Assembly: GCA_964365025.1 (NCBI GenBank)
Contig: CAYIOJ010000001.1
Span: 42,475 to 106,474, forward strand
DNA: 64,000 bases
Reading direction: 5' to 3'
Origin: an uncultured Gammaproteobacteria bacterium
Lineage (GTDB): Bacteria > Patescibacteriota > Patescibacteriia > Magasanikbacterales > UBA10003
This document shows positions 48,274 to 56,278 of the stretch, piece by piece (positions within the stretch are counted from its first letter, which is position 1; each line of letters begins with the position of its first letter). The notes beneath the pieces were generated by a model that was not told the DNA's origin, ran no database searches, and was given only the letters and a program-made list of their open reading frames with translations. Position numbers and translations under genes: made by a program.

Positions 48274-49392
48274 ATGACTGAAAATAAACAAAAGATACTC
48301 TATATTGTCACTCAAGCCGAATGGGGCGGGGCGCAAAAGTATGTTTTTGATTTGGCAACGAATTTGACAGATGAATTTGATGTAACTGTAGCTGCGGGCG
48401 CGGACGGCTCTTCGCGTGAATTACTAGACAAACTTGTCGGCGCTGGAATCAAAAACTTTACTTTCAAACACCTTAAACGCGATATTAATTTGTGGCGCGA
48501 TATTTTGGCAATTTTTGAAATCGCCAAATTTTTGAGGCAAAATCATTTTGACATTATTCACTTGAATAGCACTAAGGCCGGAGTAATTGGAACAATGGCG
48601 GCGCGTCTAAACAAGCGCCGACCAAAAATTATCTACACCGCGCACGGCTGGGCATATTTGGAGCCACTCCCCTTTTACAAACGCTGGCTGTATTTGATAA
48701 TGGAAAAAATTGCCGCACGATTGCGCGATTACACAATTATTTTGTCTGAAAAAGAAAAACAAATCGCGCTCCAGAACGGCACGGCCAAGTCAAAGGCCGT
48801 TTCGGTTATCCCCAATGGCATAAATTTTAATAATTTACATTTTTTCGCCAAAGAAGAATCTAGACAAAAATTAAATCTGGACCAAAATAAAATAATCATC
48901 GGCGCGATCGCTAATCTTTATAAAACCAAAGGATTAGAGTATCTGATGAAAGCAGTGGCAGAATTAAAAGCGCAATTAATAATTATAGGCGAAGGGCCTG
49001 AAAGAAAAAGTCTTGAAGAAAAAATTAAGCAAAAAAACATAACCGACCAAGTGGTTTTAGCCGGGCACCTGCCGGAAGCGGCAAAATTTATCCCGGCCTT
49101 TGATATTTTTGTTCTGTCTTCAATCAAAGAAGGATTCCCCCACACTCTACTGGAGGCGATGGCCGCGGGCTTGCCAATTGTCGCCACCGCGGTTGGAGCA
49201 ATTCCTGAAATTTTAGAAAACCAAAAAACCGGCTTGATTGTGCCGCCGGCTAATACTCAAGCTCTGGCAGGAGCAATCACCTCCCTTATAAAAAATCCTG
49301 AATTCGCTCAACAGTTGGGCATGAATGCTAAAGAGGCAATTAAAAAGTTTGGTTTGGTAACTACGATTGAAAAAACAAAAATGATCTATTAA
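48274..49392 (+). CDS. GT4 family glycosyltransferase (start taken at MTENKQKILYIV; the ORF opens at 48217).
   Basis: WGGAQKY N-terminus, SSIKEGFPHTLLEAMAAGLPIVATAVG (EX7E). This is the only plus-strand gene in the glycan locus. Confidence 0.6.
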   Translation: MTENKQKILYIVTQAEWGGAQKYVFDLATNLTDEFDVTVAAGADGSSRELLDKLVGAGIKNFTFKHLKRDINLWRDILAIFEIAKFLRQNHFDIIHLNSTKAGVIGTMAARLNKRRPKIIYTAHGWAYLEPLPFYKRWLYLIMEKIAARLRDYTIILSEKEKQIALQNGTAKSKAVSVIPNGINFNNLHFFAKEESRQKLNLDQNKIIIGAIANLYKTKGLEYLMKAVAELKAQLIIIGEGPERKSLEEKIKQKNITDQVVLAGHLPEAAKFIPAFDIFVLSSIKEGFPHTLLEAMAAGLPIVATAVGAIPEILENQKTGLIVPPANTQALAGAITSLIKNPEFAQQLGMNAKEAIKKFGLVTTIEKTKMIY

Positions 49393-49453
49393 AAAATCAG
49401 TCCAAGGCCTCCTCCCTGAAGTTTGCCTTCGACCGATTTTTTTATTGTTCTCT

Positions 49454-49840
49454 TTACGGCCGCGCTTCCACCAATATCATGCGTCTTTTTAAATCATCAA
49501 CATCTTTATAAACCGCGCCAATATCTTCCGTCTCCGTATTAAAATTATTTTTTACTTCTTCTCTTAAATCTTTAATATCTTTTCTAACCTCACTTATTTC
49601 ACTTCTTATTTCGCTTCTAACTGAAGAAAACTCGGCGTCCATTTTATTCTCTAATTGTTTAAAATCATCTTTGGTGGCAATTTTAAATGTTTCCAAATCA
49701 TCTTTGGTGGCAAATGCTTTCAAATCCTCTTTGGTCGCCATTCTTTCTTCTATATTTTGAAAACCACTTGACACGGCAATGGCCAAATCTTCAATATTCT
49801 GCTTCAATGTTTGAAATTCTTGTTTTATTTCTTGATCCAT
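49454..49840 (-). CDS. Small coiled-coil protein with an in-frame TKDDL-type tandem repeat; hypothetical.
   Basis: 128 aa, strongly charged heptad-like sequence. DNA repeat aaatcatctttggtggcaa x3 (49661..49750). Confidence 0.4.
   Translation of the reverse strand: MDQEIKQEFQTLKQNIEDLAIAVSSGFQNIEERMATKEDLKAFATKDDLETFKIATKDDFKQLENKMDAEFSSVRSEIRSEISEVRKDIKDLREEVKNNFNTETEDIGAVYKDVDDLKRRMILVEARP
49661..49750 (-). repeat. Imperfect in-frame tandem repeat (periods 33 and 27 nt) inside the small coiled-coil gene.
   Basis: aaatcatctttggtggcaa at 49662 and 49695; a diverged copy aaatcctctttggtcgcca at 49722. Confidence 0.5.
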
Positions 49841-49911
49841 ATTTTTTTATTACAATGTTGCGTATATTTTAACACAAAGTTATCCCCAAGGCAAATTGAC
49901 CAAAAAAATCG

Positions 49912-52128
49912 TCATTTCAACCACTTCTTCGCTTTTTTCAACGCGTCAACATCATACAGGGCGGCGCGGTCAGCCATCTCCCGCGCTTTTGACTTATCAT
50001 CCAACCGAGAATAAATTTCCGACAAAACTAAAAGTATGGCGGAATTTTTTTGGTCGGCCAACAAAGCTCGCTCATATAAATCCCGCGCCATTTCCCAATC
50101 GCCGCTTTGGCTCGCCATTTGCGCGGCATAAAACAATTCCTGCTGATTAGTAAAACTTCTACCCTTAGTCAGAGCCAATTTCAAATTTTGGCTCGCGTTG
50201 ACAAAATCGTTTTGATCTCCATAAATCAAAGCCATATACCAATAAGTATCCGCAATATTAGAATTTTCGCTCACCAATTGCTCTAAAATTTTCAACGCTC
50301 CGGCATAATCGCGCTGCACGGCCTTAATACGCACCAAATAATACGCCAATTGTTGCCGTTTGGGACTTAATTCCCGCGCGCTATTAAATATATCCTCGGC
50401 CTGGCCGGAATTATTTTTAATGCCATAAAATTGTCCCAATAAAATGTATGATTGCAATTCAAAAGGATGCTCTTGAATATTTTTTTTCAATTCTTCAATG
50501 ATAAAATCCGCGCTTTGTTGATAAATATCCGATTTTAAGGCCTCCGGACTTTGCGCGTAGGAAATTATCACACGAGCAAAATCATTGCGCATATCCACTA
50601 GATGATATGGATTAATTAATAATGATTGCTTCATTTTTTCAAAACCAGCGACAAAATTGGTCTGCATAGTTTTTTGCGTTTCCAAATCCTGATTATTGGC
50701 GCGCGCCGGCTGAACATTAAAATGATAAATAGAAAATAATGTTATCGCGGCAATGATACAAGCCGGGACGAGAGGTAATTTATTAATTTTTGACGCCTTT
50801 AACAAAGCGGGGCGAGATGACGCGCCAGTGAGCGCCCTCTCTGCAAAAGATTCCTCGGCTTGAGGCCTCGGAATGACATAATCAACAAACGCCAGCATCA
50901 GAAAAAAAATCAAATACGAACTCAAATGGTCAAACACGAAAAAATTCTGCACTCCGTAAGCAATGAAAAAAATTGACACAAAAACCAAAGTATCCAAATC
51001 AATTTTCTTTTTATAAAACCCGGCACCAATCTGCCAAAACACCGCGGCAAAAATCGCCAGATATCCAGCCAGCCCGAGAATCCCGCTGGTGGAAAGATAA
51101 TCTAGAAAAATATTATGACTTCTATCAAACCATGTTTCATAATATCCATGCTCCAATGACTTTGGATTGTAATACTTGTTGAAAGCGTAATAAAAATTTT
51201 CCACGCCCCAGCCAAACACCGGCTTTTCTTTCCAAGCCGCCAAAGCGATTTTCCAGGCGATCAAACGCGTTGCCCCGGTGCCTGATTCAAAAGAAACATT
51301 GGCCACTTGCCCGACAGCTGGAATTTTTTGAACAAACGACGATTGGCGAAAAGCAAAAATCAATACGCCAAAAACAATCATTAATCCGACCAAACTCAAA
51401 CCAAGCGCGCGCCATTTTTTTGTCTTAGTAAAAAAACTATACAAAGCAATCGCGATAAATCCGCCGATTACCAACCCGATAAAAGGCCCGCGTTTACCGT
51501 TGTACATCATAATGGCCAGGCCGAGAATGCCGGCCGACGCGGCAAAAATCCGCCAAATTTTCTTTTCTTCCTTTCTAAACAAATACCAGGCGATGAAAAT
51601 ATGAAATAAAACAAAATTGGCAATATAAATTTGATTGCCCAATGTCCCGCCGCCGCCGATTTTCATAATGGAATTATCCGGTAAAAGAAAATTAAAACCG
51701 GTAACGCCGACAATAATGCTGACGAGAAGCGACCAACGAAACAGCACGCGCCATTCGAGCCACGAACGAAAAATATTGGCGACAATCACAAAATAAATTC
51801 CAAAATGAATCAAGGTGAACCAGCCGCTCATCCGTTCATAATTACCCCACATACTGCGCTGAAAATCCACGCCAAAAATTGTAGAGAGAAAAAGAATAAA
51901 GAAAAATACGCCTAAAATAATAAATAAAGGCGTTTTTTTAGGCCGATAATTTTCATCAATTAAACACAAAACTAAATACAGGCCAAACGCCAATTCCACT
52001 AGAATCCTGAAATAAATCGCTTTGGGGAAAACAAAAGGAAAAATAAACGAATCGCCCATGAAAATCAGAGGCGTGATAAAAGTAGCGTAGATTAAAAATT
52101 TAATGGCCCAAATGAGTTTGGTGGACAT
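49912..52128 (-). CDS. O-antigen ligase / Wzy_C-family polytopic membrane protein fused to C-terminal TPR repeats (PglL/WaaL-like candidate oligosaccharyltransferase).
   Basis: 738 aa: about 12 N-terminal TM helices with a large periplasmic loop (NGKRGPFIGLVIGG...), then a TM, then a ~300-aa C-terminal TPR region (ADTYWYMALIYGDQNDFVNASQNLKLAL...). Confidence 0.5.
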   Translation of the reverse strand: MSTKLIWAIKFLIYATFITPLIFMGDSFIFPFVFPKAIYFRILVELAFGLYLVLCLIDENYRPKKTPLFIILGVFFFILFLSTIFGVDFQRSMWGNYERMSGWFTLIHFGIYFVIVANIFRSWLEWRVLFRWSLLVSIIVGVTGFNFLLPDNSIMKIGGGGTLGNQIYIANFVLFHIFIAWYLFRKEEKKIWRIFAASAGILGLAIMMYNGKRGPFIGLVIGGFIAIALYSFFTKTKKWRALGLSLVGLMIVFGVLIFAFRQSSFVQKIPAVGQVANVSFESGTGATRLIAWKIALAAWKEKPVFGWGVENFYYAFNKYYNPKSLEHGYYETWFDRSHNIFLDYLSTSGILGLAGYLAIFAAVFWQIGAGFYKKKIDLDTLVFVSIFFIAYGVQNFFVFDHLSSYLIFFLMLAFVDYVIPRPQAEESFAERALTGASSRPALLKASKINKLPLVPACIIAAITLFSIYHFNVQPARANNQDLETQKTMQTNFVAGFEKMKQSLLINPYHLVDMRNDFARVIISYAQSPEALKSDIYQQSADFIIEELKKNIQEHPFELQSYILLGQFYGIKNNSGQAEDIFNSARELSPKRQQLAYYLVRIKAVQRDYAGALKILEQLVSENSNIADTYWYMALIYGDQNDFVNASQNLKLALTKGRSFTNQQELFYAAQMASQSGDWEMARDLYERALLADQKNSAILLVLSEIYSRLDDKSKAREMADRAALYDVDALKKAKKWLK

Positions 52129-52140
52129 AAAAGTTCCATT

Positions 52141-52169
52141 ATTATATCACCATTCCTGCCCATTGACAA
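52141..52169 (-). promoter_or_regulatory. Sigma70-type promoter for the 49912..52128 gene: -35 TTGTCA (52164-52169), 17-nt spacer, perfect -10 TATAAT (52141-52146), near-leaderless.
   Basis: Reverse complement reads ttgtca-N17-tataat-aatggaactttt-ATG. Confidence 0.5.
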
Positions 52170-52191
52170 ATTCGCTTATTTATGCTATTAT
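52163..52191 (+). promoter_or_regulatory. Sigma70-type promoter for the Cys-repeat lipoprotein gene: -35 TTGACA (52163-52168), 17-nt spacer, -10 TATTAT (52186-52191); about 85-nt leader with AAGGAG RBS.
   Basis: ttgacaaattcgcttatttatgctattat. The RBS aaaaggagaacggctATG lies at 52263-52280. Confidence 0.5.
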
Positions 52192-52280
52192 TTTTAGAAA
52201 GGAGGGACAACCAAGGAGGTAGTTCCTTTTCAATTCAATAATGGCAAAAAACACTGAAAACAGATAAAAGGAGAACGGCT

Positions 52281-55200
52281 ATGAAGTGCTTGCTGATACT
52301 GATGGCGCTGGTATTCGTGGTGATGACGGGGTGCTTTGACTATACCCCGCCGCCGAACAATGTGAGCGATACAACTGGCGATGTGTCGGCTAATGCTGAT
52401 TCGGATTCGCTGGATGTCAAAGGCGGCGGCTCCGGCGACGAGATGCCATTCAATCCGCCTCTGCCTGACGACACCAAGCCACTTTTGGTTGATACCGATG
52501 TGGCGTTGATTGATGGAGACGGCGACACTGTCGTGTCCGATAAAAGAGATGTCAAAAACTCGCTGGAAACAGACAGGACTGGTGAAACAACTAATCCGGT
52601 GGACACAACTGACAGCGCGGACGCGAAGGATGCTCTTGACATAGAGACAGCGGTTGTGCCACCTTGCGTGACCAATCCCTTGCTCTGCGCGGACGCACCA
52701 TCGACTCCGGACACGAAAATTGACAATGATGTCCCCACTACTACCGCCGAACCCCAAGCCGACGCCCCTGACACGCAAGACGCGCCAGATGCCGAGGCCG
52801 ACTCTGCTCTGCTCTGCCTTCCGAACTGCGCTGGCAAGCAGTGTGGTGACAACGGTTGCGGCGAGTCGTGCGGCGAGTGCCTGAATGGCTACGCGTGCAA
52901 CGCGGACTTTGTCTGCGAGTGCGTGGTGGGCTGTCAGATTCCGGCCGAGCCGACTGTTGATGCGGCAAATGCTGATGCCGACGCGACCACGACAGTCGAC
53001 GCCCATGCAGATATACTGCCCGGCGCGGATGCGACAGTGGAAACACCGTCAGGCGAAATAAAGTCGCCAATTGACGTGCCTGTAAACGCGGAACCTTCCG
53101 TAGACGCTAATGTCGCGGAGATTGCTGCGGCAGATGGCACGACTATCGCCGATGACACTAGTCCTGACGCCGGGCCAGACATCTTTGTCCAGCCCTGTGT
53201 GGCCAAGCCGAACATCTGCGACGACGGCAATGTCTGCACGGACGACTGGTGCGACATGGCCGATGGCTGTCTCCATATTAACAATACCGCGCCTTGCGAC
53301 GACGGCGACCAGTGCACCGAGAACGACGCTTGTCAAAACAGCATTTGCGCGCCGGGCCAGCCGTTGGTCTGCAATGACAGCAACGCTTGCACCGATGACT
53401 ACTGTCAGAATGGCGTTGGCTGTGTCTACGAATGGGTGTGTGAGTGCGCGTCTGATGCCGAGTGCAATGATTTGAACCCGTGTACCGACGACATCTGCGC
53501 AACGGGTTTCTGCGAGTATGCACTCAACTCTATCGTCTGCGACGACGGTAATGCCTGCACCAGCGTGGACATCTGCGTGTCCGGAGAATGCCTGGGGGTC
53601 GCATCGCTCAACTGCAATGACAACAACGAGTGCACTCTGGACGCCTGCGATCCGCAGAGCGGCTGCCACAACGAGCCGCAAACAGGAATGGCCTGCAATG
53701 ACGGCAATGCCTGCACCACCACAGACATCTGTGAAAAGGATGTTTGCGCTGGCGAGGCCACTGTCTGCGACGACCAAAATCCCTGCACAGACGACTCGTG
53801 CGATGAGCAGAGCGGTTGCGTGTTCACTCTCAACAACAGCAATCCTTGCGAAGACGGGAGCTTGTGCACAACAGACGATTTCTGCGACGCGGGCAAGTGC
53901 CAAGGCGGCCAAACGCTGAAGTGCAATGATGGCAATATCTGCACGGATGATGTCTGTCAACCGACACAAGGATGTGTCTATCTTGCCAATCAGGTGGGGT
54001 GCGACGACGGCAACGGCTGCACTATCGGTGATATCTGCGCGGATTCGGCCTGCGTCAGCGGGACGAATATCTGCGAATGCGCCACAGATGAAGATTGTGC
54101 CGTGGCTGAGGACAACAACCTCTGCAATGGCACGCTTGTCTGCGACACTAGCAAGATGCCATTCCAATGCGTCGTGAACCCTGACACCATCATCACCTGC
54201 CCCACTGCCTCTGACACCGTCTGTTTCAAAAACATTTGCCAGCCAACGAGCAGCGGCAAGTGCGAGATGGAAGCGGTGAATGAGGGAGGAGGGTGCGATG
54301 ATGGCAATGCCTGCGCCACAGGCGATGCCTGCTCCAAGGGTGTCTGCGCGGGAGCGAGCATCAAGTGCGATGACAGTAATGTCTGCACTGACGACTCCTG
54401 CGACCCGACCAGCGGATGTGTGTACACTCCCAACAACGCCGAATGCGCGGATGATGGCAATGAATGCACGACTGACATTTGTCAAAGCGGAAAATGCGCC
54501 CACCCGCCAACAACGGACGGCGCGGATTGCGATGACGGAACAGTGTGTACAATAGTTGACATCTGCCAAAGCGGCCAGTGCATAGGCATGGCTCCTCTGG
54601 ACTGCGATGACAATGACCAGTGCACGCTGGATATCTGTCACAAAGCGCTGGGATGCCAGCACAGCAAAATGGCCCTGAACGGCCAGATCTGCGACAACGG
54701 CGATGCCTGCACCACCGGCGACACTTGCCAGGACGGCGCGTGCCAAGCCGGAACGCAAACCTGCGAGTGCTACATCACGACTGACTGCGTCGGAATGGAA
54801 GACGGCAATTTCTGCAACGGAACGCTCGTCTGCAACACGGTTGTCATTCCGCACCAATGCGTCGTGAACCCCAATACCATCATCACCTGCCCAACCGCTT
54901 CAGACACCACCTGCTCTAAAAACACCTGCCAGCTAGCAAGCGGCAAGTGTGAGATGAAGGCGATGAATGAGGGGGTGGCCTGCGATGACGGGAATCCGTG
55001 TACCGAAACCGACATTTGCCAAAACGGCCAATGCAATGGCACGCCCAAACCCACCGGCACGGTCATCTTCCAAGATGACTTCAACGACGGTAACATTGAC
55101 GGATGGACAGTGAAAACATGGAACTCCTGTCCTAACTGCTCAATGTGTCCCTGCGACCTTCCCACAATCGTGGTTACCGACGAGACGCCGTTTTGGGTGA

Positions 55201-55535
55201 AAATGTCGCCTTTGGCCGGTAGCGGGCATGTGTTGTTCACAACACCCGCCACTTTACTGCCAAAAGGAGGTACAATCAACTTCCTCTTTGCCGGCGTCAA
55301 CTGTGCCGGCACTGGTAGCAACTGCGAAGTGCGCACTAGCAACGGAACCTTTCTTGGAAATGTCACCAGTTACAATTACTGCGCCACCCAACCGCCAAGC
55401 TGCCCAACAAAATTCAATATCATTGAGGATGAAAAAAACAGCCAAGTGGTGTTGGATTGTACCGGAGTATCCAACGGATCTTACAATGCTTGCGGCGCCA
55501 CTTACCTTGATGACTTTTCTATCACCTGCCCATAA
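52281..55535 (+). CDS. Secreted lipoprotein: acidic low-complexity N-terminal region, about 24 tandem cysteine-rich CxDxNxCTxDxC repeats (Dictyostelium CTDC-like), C-terminal beta-sandwich/lectin-like domain.
   Basis: MKCLLILMALVFVVMTGC (lipobox). Repeats such as CDDGNVCTDDWCD, CNDSNACTDDYCQ and CDDQNPCTDDSCD run from about aa 300-905, with two ~90-aa super-repeat copies (CVVNPDTIITCPTASDT...). C-terminus FQDDFNDGNIDGWT. Strongly GC-rich relative to its neighbours. Confidence 0.6.
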   Translation: MKCLLILMALVFVVMTGCFDYTPPPNNVSDTTGDVSANADSDSLDVKGGGSGDEMPFNPPLPDDTKPLLVDTDVALIDGDGDTVVSDKRDVKNSLETDRTGETTNPVDTTDSADAKDALDIETAVVPPCVTNPLLCADAPSTPDTKIDNDVPTTTAEPQADAPDTQDAPDAEADSALLCLPNCAGKQCGDNGCGESCGECLNGYACNADFVCECVVGCQIPAEPTVDAANADADATTTVDAHADILPGADATVETPSGEIKSPIDVPVNAEPSVDANVAEIAAADGTTIADDTSPDAGPDIFVQPCVAKPNICDDGNVCTDDWCDMADGCLHINNTAPCDDGDQCTENDACQNSICAPGQPLVCNDSNACTDDYCQNGVGCVYEWVCECASDAECNDLNPCTDDICATGFCEYALNSIVCDDGNACTSVDICVSGECLGVASLNCNDNNECTLDACDPQSGCHNEPQTGMACNDGNACTTTDICEKDVCAGEATVCDDQNPCTDDSCDEQSGCVFTLNNSNPCEDGSLCTTDDFCDAGKCQGGQTLKCNDGNICTDDVCQPTQGCVYLANQVGCDDGNGCTIGDICADSACVSGTNICECATDEDCAVAEDNNLCNGTLVCDTSKMPFQCVVNPDTIITCPTASDTVCFKNICQPTSSGKCEMEAVNEGGGCDDGNACATGDACSKGVCAGASIKCDDSNVCTDDSCDPTSGCVYTPNNAECADDGNECTTDICQSGKCAHPPTTDGADCDDGTVCTIVDICQSGQCIGMAPLDCDDNDQCTLDICHKALGCQHSKMALNGQICDNGDACTTGDTCQDGACQAGTQTCECYITTDCVGMEDGNFCNGTLVCNTVVIPHQCVVNPNTIITCPTASDTTCSKNTCQLASGKCEMKAMNEGVACDDGNPCTETDICQNGQCNGTPKPTGTVIFQDDFNDGNIDGWTVKTWNSCPNCSMCPCDLPTIVVTDETPFWVKMSPLAGSGHVLFTTPATLLPKGGTINFLFAGVNCAGTGSNCEVRTSNGTFLGNVTSYNYCATQPPSCPTKFNIIEDEKNSQVVLDCTGVSNGSYNACGATYLDDFSITCP
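53180..55020 (+). repeat. Tandem array of ~72-nt (24-aa) cysteine-rich coding repeats within the lipoprotein gene, including a diverged ~250-nt super-repeat (about 54060-54310 vs 54760-55000).
   Basis: Recurrent tgcgacgacggcaa(t/c)gcctgcacc... units; gtcgtgaaccctgacaccatcatcacctgcccc at 54170 matches gtcgtgaaccccaataccatcatcacctgccca at 54860. Confidence 0.55.
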
Positions 55536-55550
55536 TAACACAACCCAACC

Positions 55551-55590
55551 AAAAAGCACGCCTCTCAGCGTGCTTCTTTTTTTATTTTTT
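55551..55590. terminator. Bidirectional intrinsic terminator between the convergent genes 52281..55535(+) and 55582..56262(-).
   Basis: 8-bp stem aagcacgc/gcgtgctt (55554-61 / 55568-75), loop ctctca, A-run upstream and T-run (tttttttatttttt) downstream. Confidence 0.6.
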
Positions 55591-56262
55591 AATTGCTTGT
55601 TCTAATTCTTGAATAACATCTTTAAATCCCTGATTATTGGGAAAAGTCTGACTTAAGAGTTTATAGTCATCCAAGGCCAAAGCAAAATCGTTGATTCTTC
55701 TCAAATATGCCGCTCGGCCGGCAATTAAGGGAATCGGCGCCACCATTTTTTTTGTGCCATCCTCAAATACCTTCAATATCTCGTCTTTTGGTTTATTCAT
55801 TTTATAACTGTACAAATCAACTAAATATAAATAACCACTTTCATCCGCCGACGATATTTCCATGGCCTTGCGATAATAAAGTTCGGCCTTAGTAAATTCT
55901 CCAACGCGTTCAGCCAATTTACCGCCATTTAAATAAAATAGGATATTTTTCCGGCCGAATTTGGCAATGCCCATCTCGTACGCTTCCAATGATTTTTTGA
56001 AAAACAGCTCCCCGCCGCCTAATTCGCCAATACTTTTCCAATAAAATCCAAGATCAAAATACAACGAAACTTTTTCCGGCTCATTTTTTATATCCGCTTT
56101 TGTCTTTTGAACCTTTTCAAAAAGCGCGGCTAATTCCGGTTTATTTTTAATCTGATTAAATAATCTCTTATCGCCATTGCCCAATAAACCCTGTTGCCAC
56201 AATCCCGCGATTACTAAACCTGCCAAAATCACTAAACCGCCGATGAACAACTTTTTTTTCAT
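55582..56262 (-). CDS. Membrane-anchored (N-terminal TM) TPR-like repeat protein; hypothetical.
   Basis: MKKKLFIGGLVILAGLVIAGLW signal/anchor; helical repeat content (LYFDLGFYWKSIGE..., AELYYRKAMEIS). Confidence 0.4.
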   Translation of the reverse strand: MKKKLFIGGLVILAGLVIAGLWQQGLLGNGDKRLFNQIKNKPELAALFEKVQKTKADIKNEPEKVSLYFDLGFYWKSIGELGGGELFFKKSLEAYEMGIAKFGRKNILFYLNGGKLAERVGEFTKAELYYRKAMEISSADESGYLYLVDLYSYKMNKPKDEILKVFEDGTKKMVAPIPLIAGRAAYLRRINDFALALDDYKLLSQTFPNNQGFKDVIQELEQAIKK

Positions 56263-56278
56263 AATATATTTTTTAAAA

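Noticed and set aside
49393-49453. Possible bidirectional terminator between the convergent GT4(+) and the coiled-coil gene(-) (aaggc...gcctt followed by a T-run).
   Set aside because: The stem is only 5 bp with a long loop, which is too weak to call confidently.
52230-55559. Many long ORFs on both strands overlapping the Cys-repeat gene (e.g. 53049..54857 minus 602 aa, 52230..53006 minus 258 aa, 53426..53944 minus, 54770..55366 minus).
   Set aside because: They occur only inside the GC-rich island, where stop codons are statistically depleted. They are R/H/S/A-rich with no motifs. The plus-strand frame has a lipobox, a coherent repeat architecture, a promoter, an RBS and a terminator.
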